Origin: Treponemataceae bacterium
GTDB taxonomy: Bacteria > Spirochaetota > Spirochaetia > Treponematales > Rectinemataceae
Length of the DNA stretch: 64,000 bases
Assembly (NCBI GenBank): GCA_963667725.2
Contig: CAXXHO010000003.1
Coordinates: forward strand, 1,760,001 to 1,824,000
Direction of reading: 5' to 3'
Shown here piece after piece: positions 17,805-29,754 of this stretch (position 1 is the first letter of the stretch; every line of letters starts with the position of its first letter). The translations under genes and the position numbers were made by a program. Under the pieces are notes generated by a model that had not been told where the DNA came from, ran no database searches, and saw only the letters and a program-made list of their open reading frames with translations.

Positions 17805-18680
17805 TCACTCCACTTCGATGTCGCCGAGGACGCTCTTCACATGGAGGCGCTTGGTACCCTGCCCAATCCGGTAAGCGCATCTCCTCGGCCCGGCTCCCGA
17901 GGAAATGGTGGTGCCCGGCGAGTTGATCTGACCGGAGAGGGTTTCGGCGCGGAACTCCACGTTCGCCACCTCCAGCATGAGATTGATGTCTCCCGAATAC
18001 GTGTTGGCTTCGCCGCCGCCGAAAGCGCTGGCGAGTTCCAGTTCGATATCGCCCGAGTGCGAAATGAGCCTGATTCTGCCTTCCGGCTTCAGTATGGAAA
18101 TATCACCGCTCTGCGTAAGGGCTATCACGTTCCCTTTTACCCTGGATGCCTGAATATCGCCGCCCTGGGTCTCCACGTGAAGCGAACCGTTCAGCTTCGT
18201 GCATTTGACCGAACCGTCGATGGTGTTCACGGTGGCCGAGCCGCAGTTCAGCAGGGTTATCGATCCCTGGACGCTGGACGCCTCGATATTGCAGGCTCCG
18301 TGGATATGGATGGTGCCCAGTTCCGAAATGACGAGTATATCTATGTCGCAGTCCCTGATGTCGATTTCACCCTTCATGCTATGGACTTCGAGATCCTTGA
18401 TGCGCGGGGGAATGCTCACGATGACGCTGGCCGTGTAGATGTCCTTGGGCGTATCGTTCGTCATGATGAGAATGCTGTCGTGCCGGCGAACCGAAGATTT
18501 CCACGCCGAAAGCAGGGAGGAAGTTCCATGCAGTTCGTACTCGGCATGAATAAGATCATCCGAAGAACTGTTGATAGTAATCGCCCCCTCGGGGATTCGC
18601 AAAACCATGCGCTCGGCCGCCTCGGGCCCTATGGTTTCCTGAAAATATCGAATCTCGAGATCGGCGCTTTCACTCCTCAT
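17805..18680 (-). CDS. DUF4097 family beta-strand repeat protein
   Basis: Repeated xSGDIx/GxI beta units; ATG 18680 with AGGAG RBS. Confidence 0.8.
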   Translation of the reverse strand: MRSESADLEIRYFQETIGPEAAERMVLRIPEGAITINSSSDDLIHAEYELHGTSSLLSAWKSSVRRHDSILIMTNDTPKDIYTASVIVSIPPRIKDLEVHSMKGEIDIRDCDIDILVISELGTIHIHGACNIEASSVQGSITLLNCGSATVNTIDGSVKCTKLNGSLHVETQGGDIQASRVKGNVIALTQSGDISILKPEGRIRLISHSGDIELELASAFGGGEANTYSGDINLMLEVANVEFRAETLSGQINSPGTTISSGAGPRRCAYRIGQGTKRLHVKSVLGDIEVE

Positions 18681-18723
18681 AGGTTCTCCTTGATGCGTCG
18701 CAAAACGCGCGATTGACATTCGA

Positions 18724-18752
18724 ATCATATCATGGCTACGGTTTTTTGACTA
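18724..18752 (-). promoter_or_regulatory. Sigma70-like promoter for DUF4097 gene
   Basis: Minus strand TAGTCA-17-TATGAT with TGn extended -10. Confidence 0.5.
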
Positions 18753-18852
18753 CCTTTTACGTTTGGAAGCGCTTCCACCCCACCCGGCTTTGGCGGCCGG
18801 CTTCTCAATAGCAACAATTCCGCTTCGTACCGACACATTTACTGTTCAATAC

Positions 18853-18881
18853 TTGACAAAGGGAAAAGAGAGAATTATCAT
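18853..18881 (+). promoter_or_regulatory. Near-consensus sigma70 promoter of the ABC export operon
   Basis: TTGACA-17-TATCAT, 35 nt before ATG 18917. Confidence 0.8.
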
Positions 18882-18884
18882 ATG

Positions 18885-18906
18885 GTTTATAACATAAACT
18901 AGTTTA
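18885..18906. promoter_or_regulatory. Putative operator (overlapping palindromes) at transcription start
   Basis: GTTTAT-aac-ATAAAC (18885-18899) overlapping TAAACTAGTTTA (18895-18906). Confidence 0.55.
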
Positions 18907-18916
18907 CGGAGGTGAC

Positions 18917-19600
18917 ATGAACGACAATGGCATGAAAGAATCGCGCGAATCGGTTTCCATCGAGGAGCTGGAGCGCACGCTCAGCGATCTGAGGTCGGCG
19001 GTGAGAGCGAGCAATCCCCTCCTGAGGGCTATCGCCTCCTCCCGCTTTTACCCCGCCCTCTCCCTAATACTCGGCCTCATATCCGTAGTCTTTTGCTTCG
19101 TGGCGAGAGCGGCCGAACGCAACCCCTCGGGCGGCGGCATCGGCGCCTGGAGCTGGATATTCCTCGTCGTCATCTTCGTCATAGGCGGCGCGGGTAAGGT
19201 CATCATCACCTCGAGACTGGCCGCGCAGCAGGGAGGACGCAGTTTCTACTCCCTCATGACGGCGATCTACGGCGGCAAATCGTCCACGCTGATCGCGAGT
19301 TCAGCCATCGCGATGATAGCCGGAGCCGTCTTCCTCGTATGGATCGGCCATCCCTGGTACATCGCCCCCATCACCGCTATCTACACAGGCCTCGCTTCCC
19401 ACGCATTCGATCTTCTGATCGACCTCGCCGAATACCGCATCCTGGGATGGGTGTCCATGGCGGCAGGCATCATCGCCCTCTTTTTCGTGGAGACCGATCC
19501 CCTGCTCTGGACGGCCATCGTGACGGCGGCTGTCTTCGTCGTCTTCGGCATCGTGGGGTTGGCGGCGGCTTCGGCACGCGAGAGAGGCCAGCGCCGATGA
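18917..19600 (+). CDS. Hypothetical integral membrane protein (~6-7 TM)
   Basis: GGAGG RBS; hydrophobic segments; ATGA overlap with the regulator gene. Confidence 0.8.
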   Translation: MNDNGMKESRESVSIEELERTLSDLRSAVRASNPLLRAIASSRFYPALSLILGLISVVFCFVARAAERNPSGGGIGAWSWIFLVVIFVIGGAGKVIITSRLAAQQGGRSFYSLMTAIYGGKSSTLIASSAIAMIAGAVFLVWIGHPWYIAPITAIYTGLASHAFDLLIDLAEYRILGWVSMAAGIIALFFVETDPLLWTAIVTAAVFVVFGIVGLAAASARERGQRR

Positions 19601-19926
19601 AGGATGAAGAAAGAAGCGCGCCGCCCGAATTCGACAAGGTGATCCACGAGCGGGCGCGCCTCAGGATTCTCGTCTATCTCGCCTCCTCGCAGGAGGCTGA
19701 AGTGGGCTTCACCGACATGAAGAGGGACCTGGCCATGACGGCGGGAAACCTCTCCGTGCAGCTCGGTACGCTGGAGGAAGCTGGCTACATTCTGCTCAGG
19801 AAAGCCTTTGTCGGGAAAAAGCCTTATACGGGAGCGAGCCTCACGCCGATCGGGAAGATGGCGCTCGAGTGCTATCTCAATGAAATGGAATCGATGCTGG
19901 CGCTGCTGCGCGACGGCAAAAAATAG
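19597..19926 (+). CDS. Winged-helix transcriptional regulator (HTH_34/MarR-ArsR-like)
   Basis: DKVIHERARLRILVYL, TAGNLSVQLGTLEEAGYI, LTPIGK. Confidence 0.9.
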   Translation: MKDEERSAPPEFDKVIHERARLRILVYLASSQEAEVGFTDMKRDLAMTAGNLSVQLGTLEEAGYILLRKAFVGKKPYTGASLTPIGKMALECYLNEMESMLALLRDGKK

Positions 19927-19936
19927 GGAGGACAGG

Positions 19937-20629
19937 ATGGGCATTCTATCGTTGTCGGGAATCACGAAAATCTACAGGAAGGGCGATATCGAAGTCGCCG
20001 CGCTCGGAGGGATAGACCTAGAATTCGACAAAGAGGAGTTCTGCGCCGTCGTCGGCCCCTCCGGCTCCGGCAAGACCACCCTTCTCAACATCATCGGCTG
20101 CCTGGACAAACCTACGACCGGAACGATGAAGTACAGGGGGCAGGAACTCAGGATGCTCGGCGAAAAGGAACTGTCGGCCTACCGGAGAGAACATGTCTCC
20201 TTCATCTTCCAGTCCTACAATCTCATCCCCGTCCTCACCGTCGTCGAAAACGTCGAAATTCCCTTGAGCATAGCGGGCAAGCTCCAGAAGCGGGAAATGC
20301 GAAAGAAAGCCCTCGAGATCCTCGACGCCGTCGGCATCGCCGACAAGGCCAACAGGTTTCCGCGCGAGCTGTCGGGCGGGCAGGAACAGAGAGTCGCCAT
20401 CGCCAGGGCCCTAGTCAAGGACCCTGTCGTCGTCCTCGCGGACGAGCCGACGGCCAACCTCGACTCACGCACCGCCGACGAAATTGTCCGCCTCATGAAG
20501 TCGATCAACAAGAGCCTCCATACGACCTTCATTTTCTCGACCCACGACAAGATGATCATGGATGAGGCCCTGCGGGTCGTCCAGCTCCACGACGGACTGA
20601 TAACGAAGGACGAGAGGAGGACGCTATGA
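19937..20629 (+). CDS. ABC transporter ATP-binding protein (LolD/MacB-like)
   Basis: GPSGSGKT, LSGGQEQRVAIARAL, LADEPTANLD, STHD. Confidence 0.95.
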   Translation: MGILSLSGITKIYRKGDIEVAALGGIDLEFDKEEFCAVVGPSGSGKTTLLNIIGCLDKPTTGTMKYRGQELRMLGEKELSAYRREHVSFIFQSYNLIPVLTVVENVEIPLSIAGKLQKREMRKKALEILDAVGIADKANRFPRELSGGQEQRVAIARALVKDPVVVLADEPTANLDSRTADEIVRLMKSINKSLHTTFIFSTHDKMIMDEALRVVQLHDGLITKDERRTL

Positions 20630-21891
20630 CGAGGGTACTGATCGCCATCGCCTTCAGGAACGTGCTGAGGCATGGAAAACGCACGCTCATCACCTCCCTC
20701 GTCCTCACCGCCGGCATCGGAATGTTCATCTTCTTCGACTCGATCCTGGCCGGTATGGACCGCATGACCATCGATTCGATGGTCGACTATACCGAGTCGT
20801 CGATGCAGGTGATGACGGCGGAATACATGAAGGACAGCCGCGCCTTCCCTCTGAAATACGGAATACCCTCACCCGAAGCGGTTATCGAACGCATTGACGA
20901 ATTGCTTCCCGAGGCGGTCGCCTCGACGCCGCGGACGGCCTTCATGGCCTACGCGTCCAACCGCATCGACAGCGTGCCCGCGATGGGCACGGCGATAGAT
21001 CCGGTTCTCGACAGGAAGGTCTTCAAGCTTTCGGAACATCTCGCCGCCGGAGTCTGGCTGGATCCCGACACGGCCGAGAACGAAATTCTCGTCGGCAAAG
21101 GACTCGCGAAGGACTTGGGTCTGGGGGTGGGAGACTGGCTCGTGCTCTCCGCCAGGGCCGTCGACGACGCGCTGAACGCCGATGAGTTCCGGATCGTGGG
21201 CCTGCTCGACGTGCCGGCGCAGGAAGTGTCCCAGAGTGGCGTATTCGTGAGCTACGGCGCGGCGCGGGCTTTGTTGGGCGAGGATCTGCCCGTGACGGTG
21301 ATCAACCTTTCCCTGCCTAAATCCGCCACCCTCGATCAGGAGCTGGGCAATTCAGAAAAAGCGGCGGCGGTTGTCTTGAGCGCCTTCCCCGGCTTCGCCG
21401 CCCGCCCCATCGCGGAGGCCGCCAAGGATTACATGGCCATGAGAAACATGAAGGCCAAGTATTCTTCGCTCATCATCCTCGTCGTTCTCCTCATCGCCGG
21501 CGTCGGCATCGTCAACACCGTGCTTATGAGCGTCTATTCGCGCATAAAAGAGATCGGCGTCCTGCGCGCCTACGGCATGCTGCCCGGCCAGATCAGGCGG
21601 CTTTTCTCCCTCGAAGGCATGATGATAGGCGTCATCGGGAGCGCCGGCGGCATCCTGCTCGGGAGCCTCTTGGTATGGATATCGGTGAAATGGGGATTTT
21701 CCTTTGATAAGATGTTCTCGGGTCTCGATCTGGGATCCATTCCCATGGGAGGGGTTCTTCGCGGCGAATGGCATCCCTCCACCATGGTAACGGGCTTCCT
21801 TTTCGGCGTCATCGCTTCCTGGATCTCGTCCAGGATACCGGCAAAAAAAGCAGGCAAGCTCGAAGTCACCGATGCCCTGCATTTCGTGTAA
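20626..21891 (+). CDS. ABC transporter permease (LolC/E, FtsX-like)
   Basis: AFRNVLRHGKRT, large periplasmic domain, GIVNTVLMSVYSRIKEIGVLRAYG. Confidence 0.92.
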   Translation: MTRVLIAIAFRNVLRHGKRTLITSLVLTAGIGMFIFFDSILAGMDRMTIDSMVDYTESSMQVMTAEYMKDSRAFPLKYGIPSPEAVIERIDELLPEAVASTPRTAFMAYASNRIDSVPAMGTAIDPVLDRKVFKLSEHLAAGVWLDPDTAENEILVGKGLAKDLGLGVGDWLVLSARAVDDALNADEFRIVGLLDVPAQEVSQSGVFVSYGAARALLGEDLPVTVINLSLPKSATLDQELGNSEKAAAVVLSAFPGFAARPIAEAAKDYMAMRNMKAKYSSLIILVVLLIAGVGIVNTVLMSVYSRIKEIGVLRAYGMLPGQIRRLFSLEGMMIGVIGSAGGILLGSLLVWISVKWGFSFDKMFSGLDLGSIPMGGVLRGEWHPSTMVTGFLFGVIASWISSRIPAKKAGKLEVTDALHFV

Positions 21892-21903
21892 GGGAGGCAA
21901 CGC

Positions 21904-23148
21904 ATGAGAATTATACCCTTCGCGGCAAGAAACCTCCTCAGGAACAAGCGGCGCAGTGCCCTAGCCGCGACATCTGTCTTTCTCTCCATACTGATGGTCA
22001 TTGTCCTGCAGGGATTCACCAACGGCTTCCTAGATTCCATGGTCAGGAACTATATCAAGAACGAAACCGGCCATATCAATATCGCGACGCAGGGATACAG
22101 GGATCGCACCAGGTTCATGCCCGTCGACGAATACATAGAAGACTCTCCCGCACTCGCCGAGTCCATCCGGGCGGCCGTCGCTCCCAGGGATCCCGACGTG
22201 ATTGTCGCCGAGAGGATCCGCTTCGGCGTCCTCCTCTCATCGGAAACCGGGACAAAGGACGCACTCGCGATCGCCGGTACCCCTGAGGTCGAACGCAAGC
22301 TGCTTATGCTCGACACGCGAATCCTTCCTGGAGGCTCCTACATGGGAGCCGTCGGTGAGACGATCATGGGTGAAACCCTGGCAAACGACCTGGGGCTCAG
22401 GGTGGGCGACACGCTCAAGGTCGTCACCCAGAAGGCCGACGGGGGTCTGGGCTTCAGGAAGCTCAGGATATCGGGGCTTTTCAGCACAGGCGTCAATTCC
22501 CTCGACGGCATGGTGTTCCAGATGGGCCTGGAGGATGCCCGAATCCTTCTGGGCATGGAAAACGGAGCCCAGCAGATTTCGGTCACTCTCTCCGGGATGA
22601 GGGATGTCGCGGCGATAGCCGACATTATCCGCGGGATTGCTACAGAAAGCGGGAAAATCCCGCTTTCCGTCCTGCCATGGACCTCCATCGGCGAGTACCC
22701 GAAAATGATCCAGCTTATGAGCGTCGTCTACTACTGGGTCTTCCTCTTTGTCGCCCTCCTGGGCTCCTTCATCATCGCCAACGTCATGACCATGGTGATC
22801 CTGGAACGCAAGCGCGAAATCGGCATCCTCATGTCGATGGGCATGCCGAGGAACCGCATACTCAATCTGTTCCTGACCGAGGGGACGATGCTCGGCCTGG
22901 CTGGATCGGTGGCGGGAACCCTGGCAGGCGTGGGATTCATCATGGTCCTCGCAAGAAAGGGATTCGACATGACGAGCGCGATGAAGGGCTTTTCCTGGCC
23001 TCTCGATAACGTCATCTATCCCTCCGTCACGCCGGGAACCATTTTCATGGGCATTTTCATGGGAACCTTCGTCTCGGCGGCGATTTCCTACCTTCCCTCT
23101 AGGAAGGCAGCGAGGATGGCGCCGGTGGAAGCCATCAGATCAGTGTAG
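21904..23148 (+). CDS. ABC transporter permease (LolC/E, FtsX-like)
   Basis: ARNLLRNKRRS, ERKREIGILMSMGM, PSRKAARMAPVEAIR. Confidence 0.92.
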   Translation: MRIIPFAARNLLRNKRRSALAATSVFLSILMVIVLQGFTNGFLDSMVRNYIKNETGHINIATQGYRDRTRFMPVDEYIEDSPALAESIRAAVAPRDPDVIVAERIRFGVLLSSETGTKDALAIAGTPEVERKLLMLDTRILPGGSYMGAVGETIMGETLANDLGLRVGDTLKVVTQKADGGLGFRKLRISGLFSTGVNSLDGMVFQMGLEDARILLGMENGAQQISVTLSGMRDVAAIADIIRGIATESGKIPLSVLPWTSIGEYPKMIQLMSVVYYWVFLFVALLGSFIIANVMTMVILERKREIGILMSMGMPRNRILNLFLTEGTMLGLAGSVAGTLAGVGFIMVLARKGFDMTSAMKGFSWPLDNVIYPSVTPGTIFMGIFMGTFVSAAISYLPSRKAARMAPVEAIRSV

Positions 23149-23173
23149 CGCCCTGGCGCTGGGAGAAACGACA

Positions 23174-23950
23174 ATGAAATCTTTATCGCACGCGATAGTC
23201 TCGCTTTTTGCCACATTCCTGTTTTGCGCCTCGGCCGCGGCCACGGCGGGCGCTCAGGCGATGGGCGCCAAAACCCTCGGCGCCTCCGAGATCCTCACCA
23301 GGGTCGACGCGAACCAGCTTTATTCGACCATCTACTATGAAGGGAAGATGGAGATCGTCTCGGGGGCGCGGACGAAGGTGAAAACCATGAGGGCATGGGC
23401 TGCGGGGAGCAAAAAGGCCTTCATAGAATTCACGAATCCCGAAGACAGAGGCGTCAGGATGCTCAAGCTGGACAAGAACCTCTGGATGTATTTCCCCTCG
23501 GAGCGCGACACCGTGAAGATATCGGGCGCCCTCCTCCGCCAGGGCATGATGGGTTCAGATTTTTCCTACGAAGACGCGATGGAACCCGACGATCTCAAGG
23601 CGCTTTACGACGCCGAAGTAGTCGGCAATGAAGCCATCGACGGTCGGGAATGCTTCGTCCTCTCCCTCGTCGCCAAGGGCAGGGATGTTGCCTATGCGAA
23701 GCGGAAAATCTGGATCGACGCCGAGCGCTTCATCGTCGCCAGATCCGAGCTCTACGCCAGGAGCGGCATGCTCCTCAAGGTGTCCCGAACCCTGAACTAC
23801 GCGAAGCTGGGTTCCCGGTACTTTCCCTCGGTGGTCGAATTTTCCGACGCGCTCAAGAAGGAATCCAGGACAGTGATGTCGATGACATCCCTGAAGCTCG
23901 ACGCGCCGGTGGATGAGGCGCGGTTCAGCCTCCAGGCGCTGACGAAATGA
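23174..23950 (+). CDS. Outer membrane lipoprotein-sorting protein (LolA-like)
   Basis: Signal peptide; FTNPEDRGVRML, LWMYFP, MMGSDFSYED, YAKRKIWID. Confidence 0.88.
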   Translation: MKSLSHAIVSLFATFLFCASAAATAGAQAMGAKTLGASEILTRVDANQLYSTIYYEGKMEIVSGARTKVKTMRAWAAGSKKAFIEFTNPEDRGVRMLKLDKNLWMYFPSERDTVKISGALLRQGMMGSDFSYEDAMEPDDLKALYDAEVVGNEAIDGRECFVLSLVAKGRDVAYAKRKIWIDAERFIVARSELYARSGMLLKVSRTLNYAKLGSRYFPSVVEFSDALKKESRTVMSMTSLKLDAPVDEARFSLQALTK

Positions 23951-25176
23951 GGAGGGCTTCAGGAATGCGTGGCGCGGCCATTCTCTTCGTCGCGCTCGCG
24001 GCTTTAGCTGCGACGCCCGGTGCCGAGGCCCAAGCCGCCGAGGACTCAAGCGGCGCGAACCTGGCCGGCGAAGCGAAGATCTCGGGGCAGGTCCAGCAGA
24101 CCGCCTCGGTCGCGACAGCGTTATCCGGCGGCACCTCCTTTACCGGCGGCGCCGCCACGAGCCTCAGCCTCGCCCTCGACGCGAGGGGCGCCACAGCCTC
24201 TCTGCGCGCGTCCCTACATTTCTCAGTCCTCTACGGCAACGAAGCGGCCGCCCTCTGGGCCACCCTCGCGGCTTCGCCCTCGGCCGGCTCCTCCCTCCTG
24301 ATGGCGCCCGCCTTCGACGCGGCGGCCGCGGCGCCGGAATGCCTCGCACTCCTTGCCCTCGACGAACTCGCCTTGACCTGGGACATCGGCCCCTTCGCCT
24401 TTGAAGCCGGCAAGACCATCGCCAACTGGGGCGTCGGAAAAGCCTTCAGCCCGGCCGATTTCTTCGCGGAGTTCGACTATTCCTCAGGCACCCCCTCCAG
24501 GCGTTCCGGCCTCCTCGCCCGCGCCACCTGGTTCGCCGGAGCGACGAGCCGCGTCGACCTCGTGTACGCGCCCTACGCGGCCTCGGCCAACGCGCTGGCC
24601 GGCGGCGCCGGATCAAGCGCCGGATCAAGCGCCGGATCAAGCGGCGCCGTCCCCAGTGCCACCCCCACAAGCGCCATCGTCGCGGCCCGCGCCTACGCGA
24701 CAGCCTTCGATACGCTCGCCTTCGCCCTTGCCGCGGGCTTCCGCGGCGCGGCGGGAAGCTCGCCGGCCAGCCTCCTCGGGGCGCTGGAGGCCACCTTCGA
24801 CCTTCCCTTCGTCTCGCCCTACGGCGAAGCCTCCATCGTGGCGGCCCTGGACGGCAGCAAAGCCATCGCCTATTCGCTCCTCGGAGGGGGCCAGGCCCGG
24901 ATCGGGGACGCAAGCCTCCTCGCCGAATACCTCTACTCGCCCCAAGCCGCCGCCGCGCACAGCGTCTTCGCCCAGGCAGGCCTGCCCATTGACGAATGGA
25001 TATCCATCTCCGCGCCCCTCCTCTACTATCCGGAATCGGGCACGCTCACCGTCGCCGCGACCCTCGCGGCCAGCGATATCGCCGGCTTGAGTTTCGCCGT
25101 CACCGCCTCAGCGAGCCATTCAAGTGCGCAAACCTGGAGCGGAAAGCTCGCGCTCTCGGCGCGGACAAGCTTCTGA
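23947..25176 (+). CDS. Hypothetical exported protein, probable outer-membrane beta-barrel
   Basis: Signal peptide; GKTIANWGVGKAFSPADFF motif; amphipathic strands; terminal Phe; start could be 23965. Confidence 0.65.
   Translation: MRRASGMRGAAILFVALAALAATPGAEAQAAEDSSGANLAGEAKISGQVQQTASVATALSGGTSFTGGAATSLSLALDARGATASLRASLHFSVLYGNEAAALWATLAASPSAGSSLLMAPAFDAAAAAPECLALLALDELALTWDIGPFAFEAGKTIANWGVGKAFSPADFFAEFDYSSGTPSRRSGLLARATWFAGATSRVDLVYAPYAASANALAGGAGSSAGSSAGSSGAVPSATPTSAIVAARAYATAFDTLAFALAAGFRGAAGSSPASLLGALEATFDLPFVSPYGEASIVAALDGSKAIAYSLLGGGQARIGDASLLAEYLYSPQAAAAHSVFAQAGLPIDEWISISAPLLYYPESGTLTVAATLAASDIAGLSFAVTASASHSSAQTWSGKLALSARTSF
24607..24642 (+). repeat. 12-bp tandem repeat x3 (GCCGGATCAAGC; AGSS x3)
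   Basis: Three perfect in-frame copies. Confidence 0.95.
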
Positions 25177-25240
25177 TCCGCAATACTGGAACAGCGGAGC
25201 CCTTTTATGGCATACTTGAAAGGTATCCAGGAGGGTTATC

Positions 25241-28396
<3,156 letters not shown>

Positions 28397-28430
28397 ACAA
28401 GGCTTGTTCCAGATCGGCAATATTCCTGGC

Positions 28431-29495
28431 TTAGGGCAGTTTTCCCTCAAGCCAGGAAGCTTTCAACAAGCCCCCGAGTTCCTTCCACGGAAGGACGAAG
28501 GTAAAATCCCCGAACGAATAGGGGGCCAGCTGGTAGCGGTCGAAATGGAATCCCACGCCGCTCTCGCAGAGGAAAATATTGGCCGAGGGAATGATCTCGT
28601 CCTCGAAGAACCCATAATCGACCAACGACATCTCTCCCCCTTGCCCTTCTTTCGCGCCCGACAGCAATCGCAGCGCCTCATCCCTCAGCTTGCCGGCGAC
28701 GGGAAGCTTCCATCCCTCCGCGAACAGATCGTCGGAGGACAGAATTTTCCCGCTGTCCATATCGATCATATCGATGAGCATCGCGGTATTGCCGTGGGCG
28801 CCGCCCTCGAAGACGTACCGTTCGGTGGCTATGGAATAGATGGACGAGAAACCCGATATGAAGTATTGGCGCTCGACGAATGCGGAGGGCCACTCCATGC
28901 CCTCGGGGATCGAAGCGCGGCTTTTTTTAAAATCGGCCCAGCGGTCCCTGGCGTAATCGGCGGGACTTTTGCCTCGGCGCAGCAGCCTGTCCAGAATCAG
29001 GCTTGACGATGGCGAGGTTCCACGCAGGGATTCCACATGAAAAAACGACTGGCGCTGATCCCCGGCGCCGTCTTCTATGGAAAGCGGCAAAAAGAGCCGT
29101 CCGAGCGGGGAGAGAACGCGGGCCTTCCCTTCCATCATGCCCGAATGGACTTCTATTCCCATCGCCAGCTTCCCACGTTCCACAAGTTTGACATCGCCGG
29201 CAAGGGCTTCCGCGCCTTCGAGACGCAGTGTCCGGCTTCCGCCGAAAAAGCCGTATATTTCTTTTTCCGGCCATTCAAAAAAGCCCCAGGCATCGTTGCC
29301 CGACCTCTGCGAAACAAGGGAGATCCCCTGTTCCGGCGAAGAGAACCAAGTCACCGAGCCGCTCCTTTTATTCAGCCCGGAAGCGATGTCGACTCGTTGA
29401 CCTATGGCCAAAGCCGATAGCGCCACCGCCGCAGCCAAGGCGATCAAGCAGGGAAGGAGGAATCCGAGCGCCATCGCGCGCGATGCGGACTTCAT
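28431..29495 (-). CDS. Membrane-anchored DUF3298 (RsiV/PdaC-like) domain protein
   Basis: N-terminal TM; YVFEGGAHG and FHFDRYQLAPYSFGDFTFVLPWKEL. Confidence 0.72.
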   Translation of the reverse strand: MKSASRAMALGFLLPCLIALAAAVALSALAIGQRVDIASGLNKRSGSVTWFSSPEQGISLVSQRSGNDAWGFFEWPEKEIYGFFGGSRTLRLEGAEALAGDVKLVERGKLAMGIEVHSGMMEGKARVLSPLGRLFLPLSIEDGAGDQRQSFFHVESLRGTSPSSSLILDRLLRRGKSPADYARDRWADFKKSRASIPEGMEWPSAFVERQYFISGFSSIYSIATERYVFEGGAHGNTAMLIDMIDMDSGKILSSDDLFAEGWKLPVAGKLRDEALRLLSGAKEGQGGEMSLVDYGFFEDEIIPSANIFLCESGVGFHFDRYQLAPYSFGDFTFVLPWKELGGLLKASWLEGKLP

Positions 29496-29591
29496 ATCCA
29501 CACCCCCAGTTTTTCGGTTCGAGCGCGCATCTTCATAGAGGTTAATTTATGCATGAAAAGGTATGCCAATACTGTTCGCTCCTAATTTCCG

Positions 29592-29600
29592 TGATATAAT
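29592..29600 (+). promoter_or_regulatory. Extended -10 promoter candidate for LysM lipoprotein gene
   Basis: TGATATAAT in AT-rich intergenic region ~155 nt upstream of ATG. Confidence 0.5.
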
Positions 29601-29754
29601 TATCGGATGGAGGAGAGATATACTTTGTCTTTCCTTGCTGCGGATGTCGATATTATTAACGGAAGCAACGTTAGATTTCGACAAATACCGGTGGACGATG
29701 ACCATTTTACGGTTTATCATGGAATCAGAATAATAATATAGCAGGAGGACATCT

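Noticed and set aside
17787..18716. 309-aa plus-strand ORF
   Set aside because: Antisense to the DUF4097 gene, which has an RBS, a promoter and family-like repeats.
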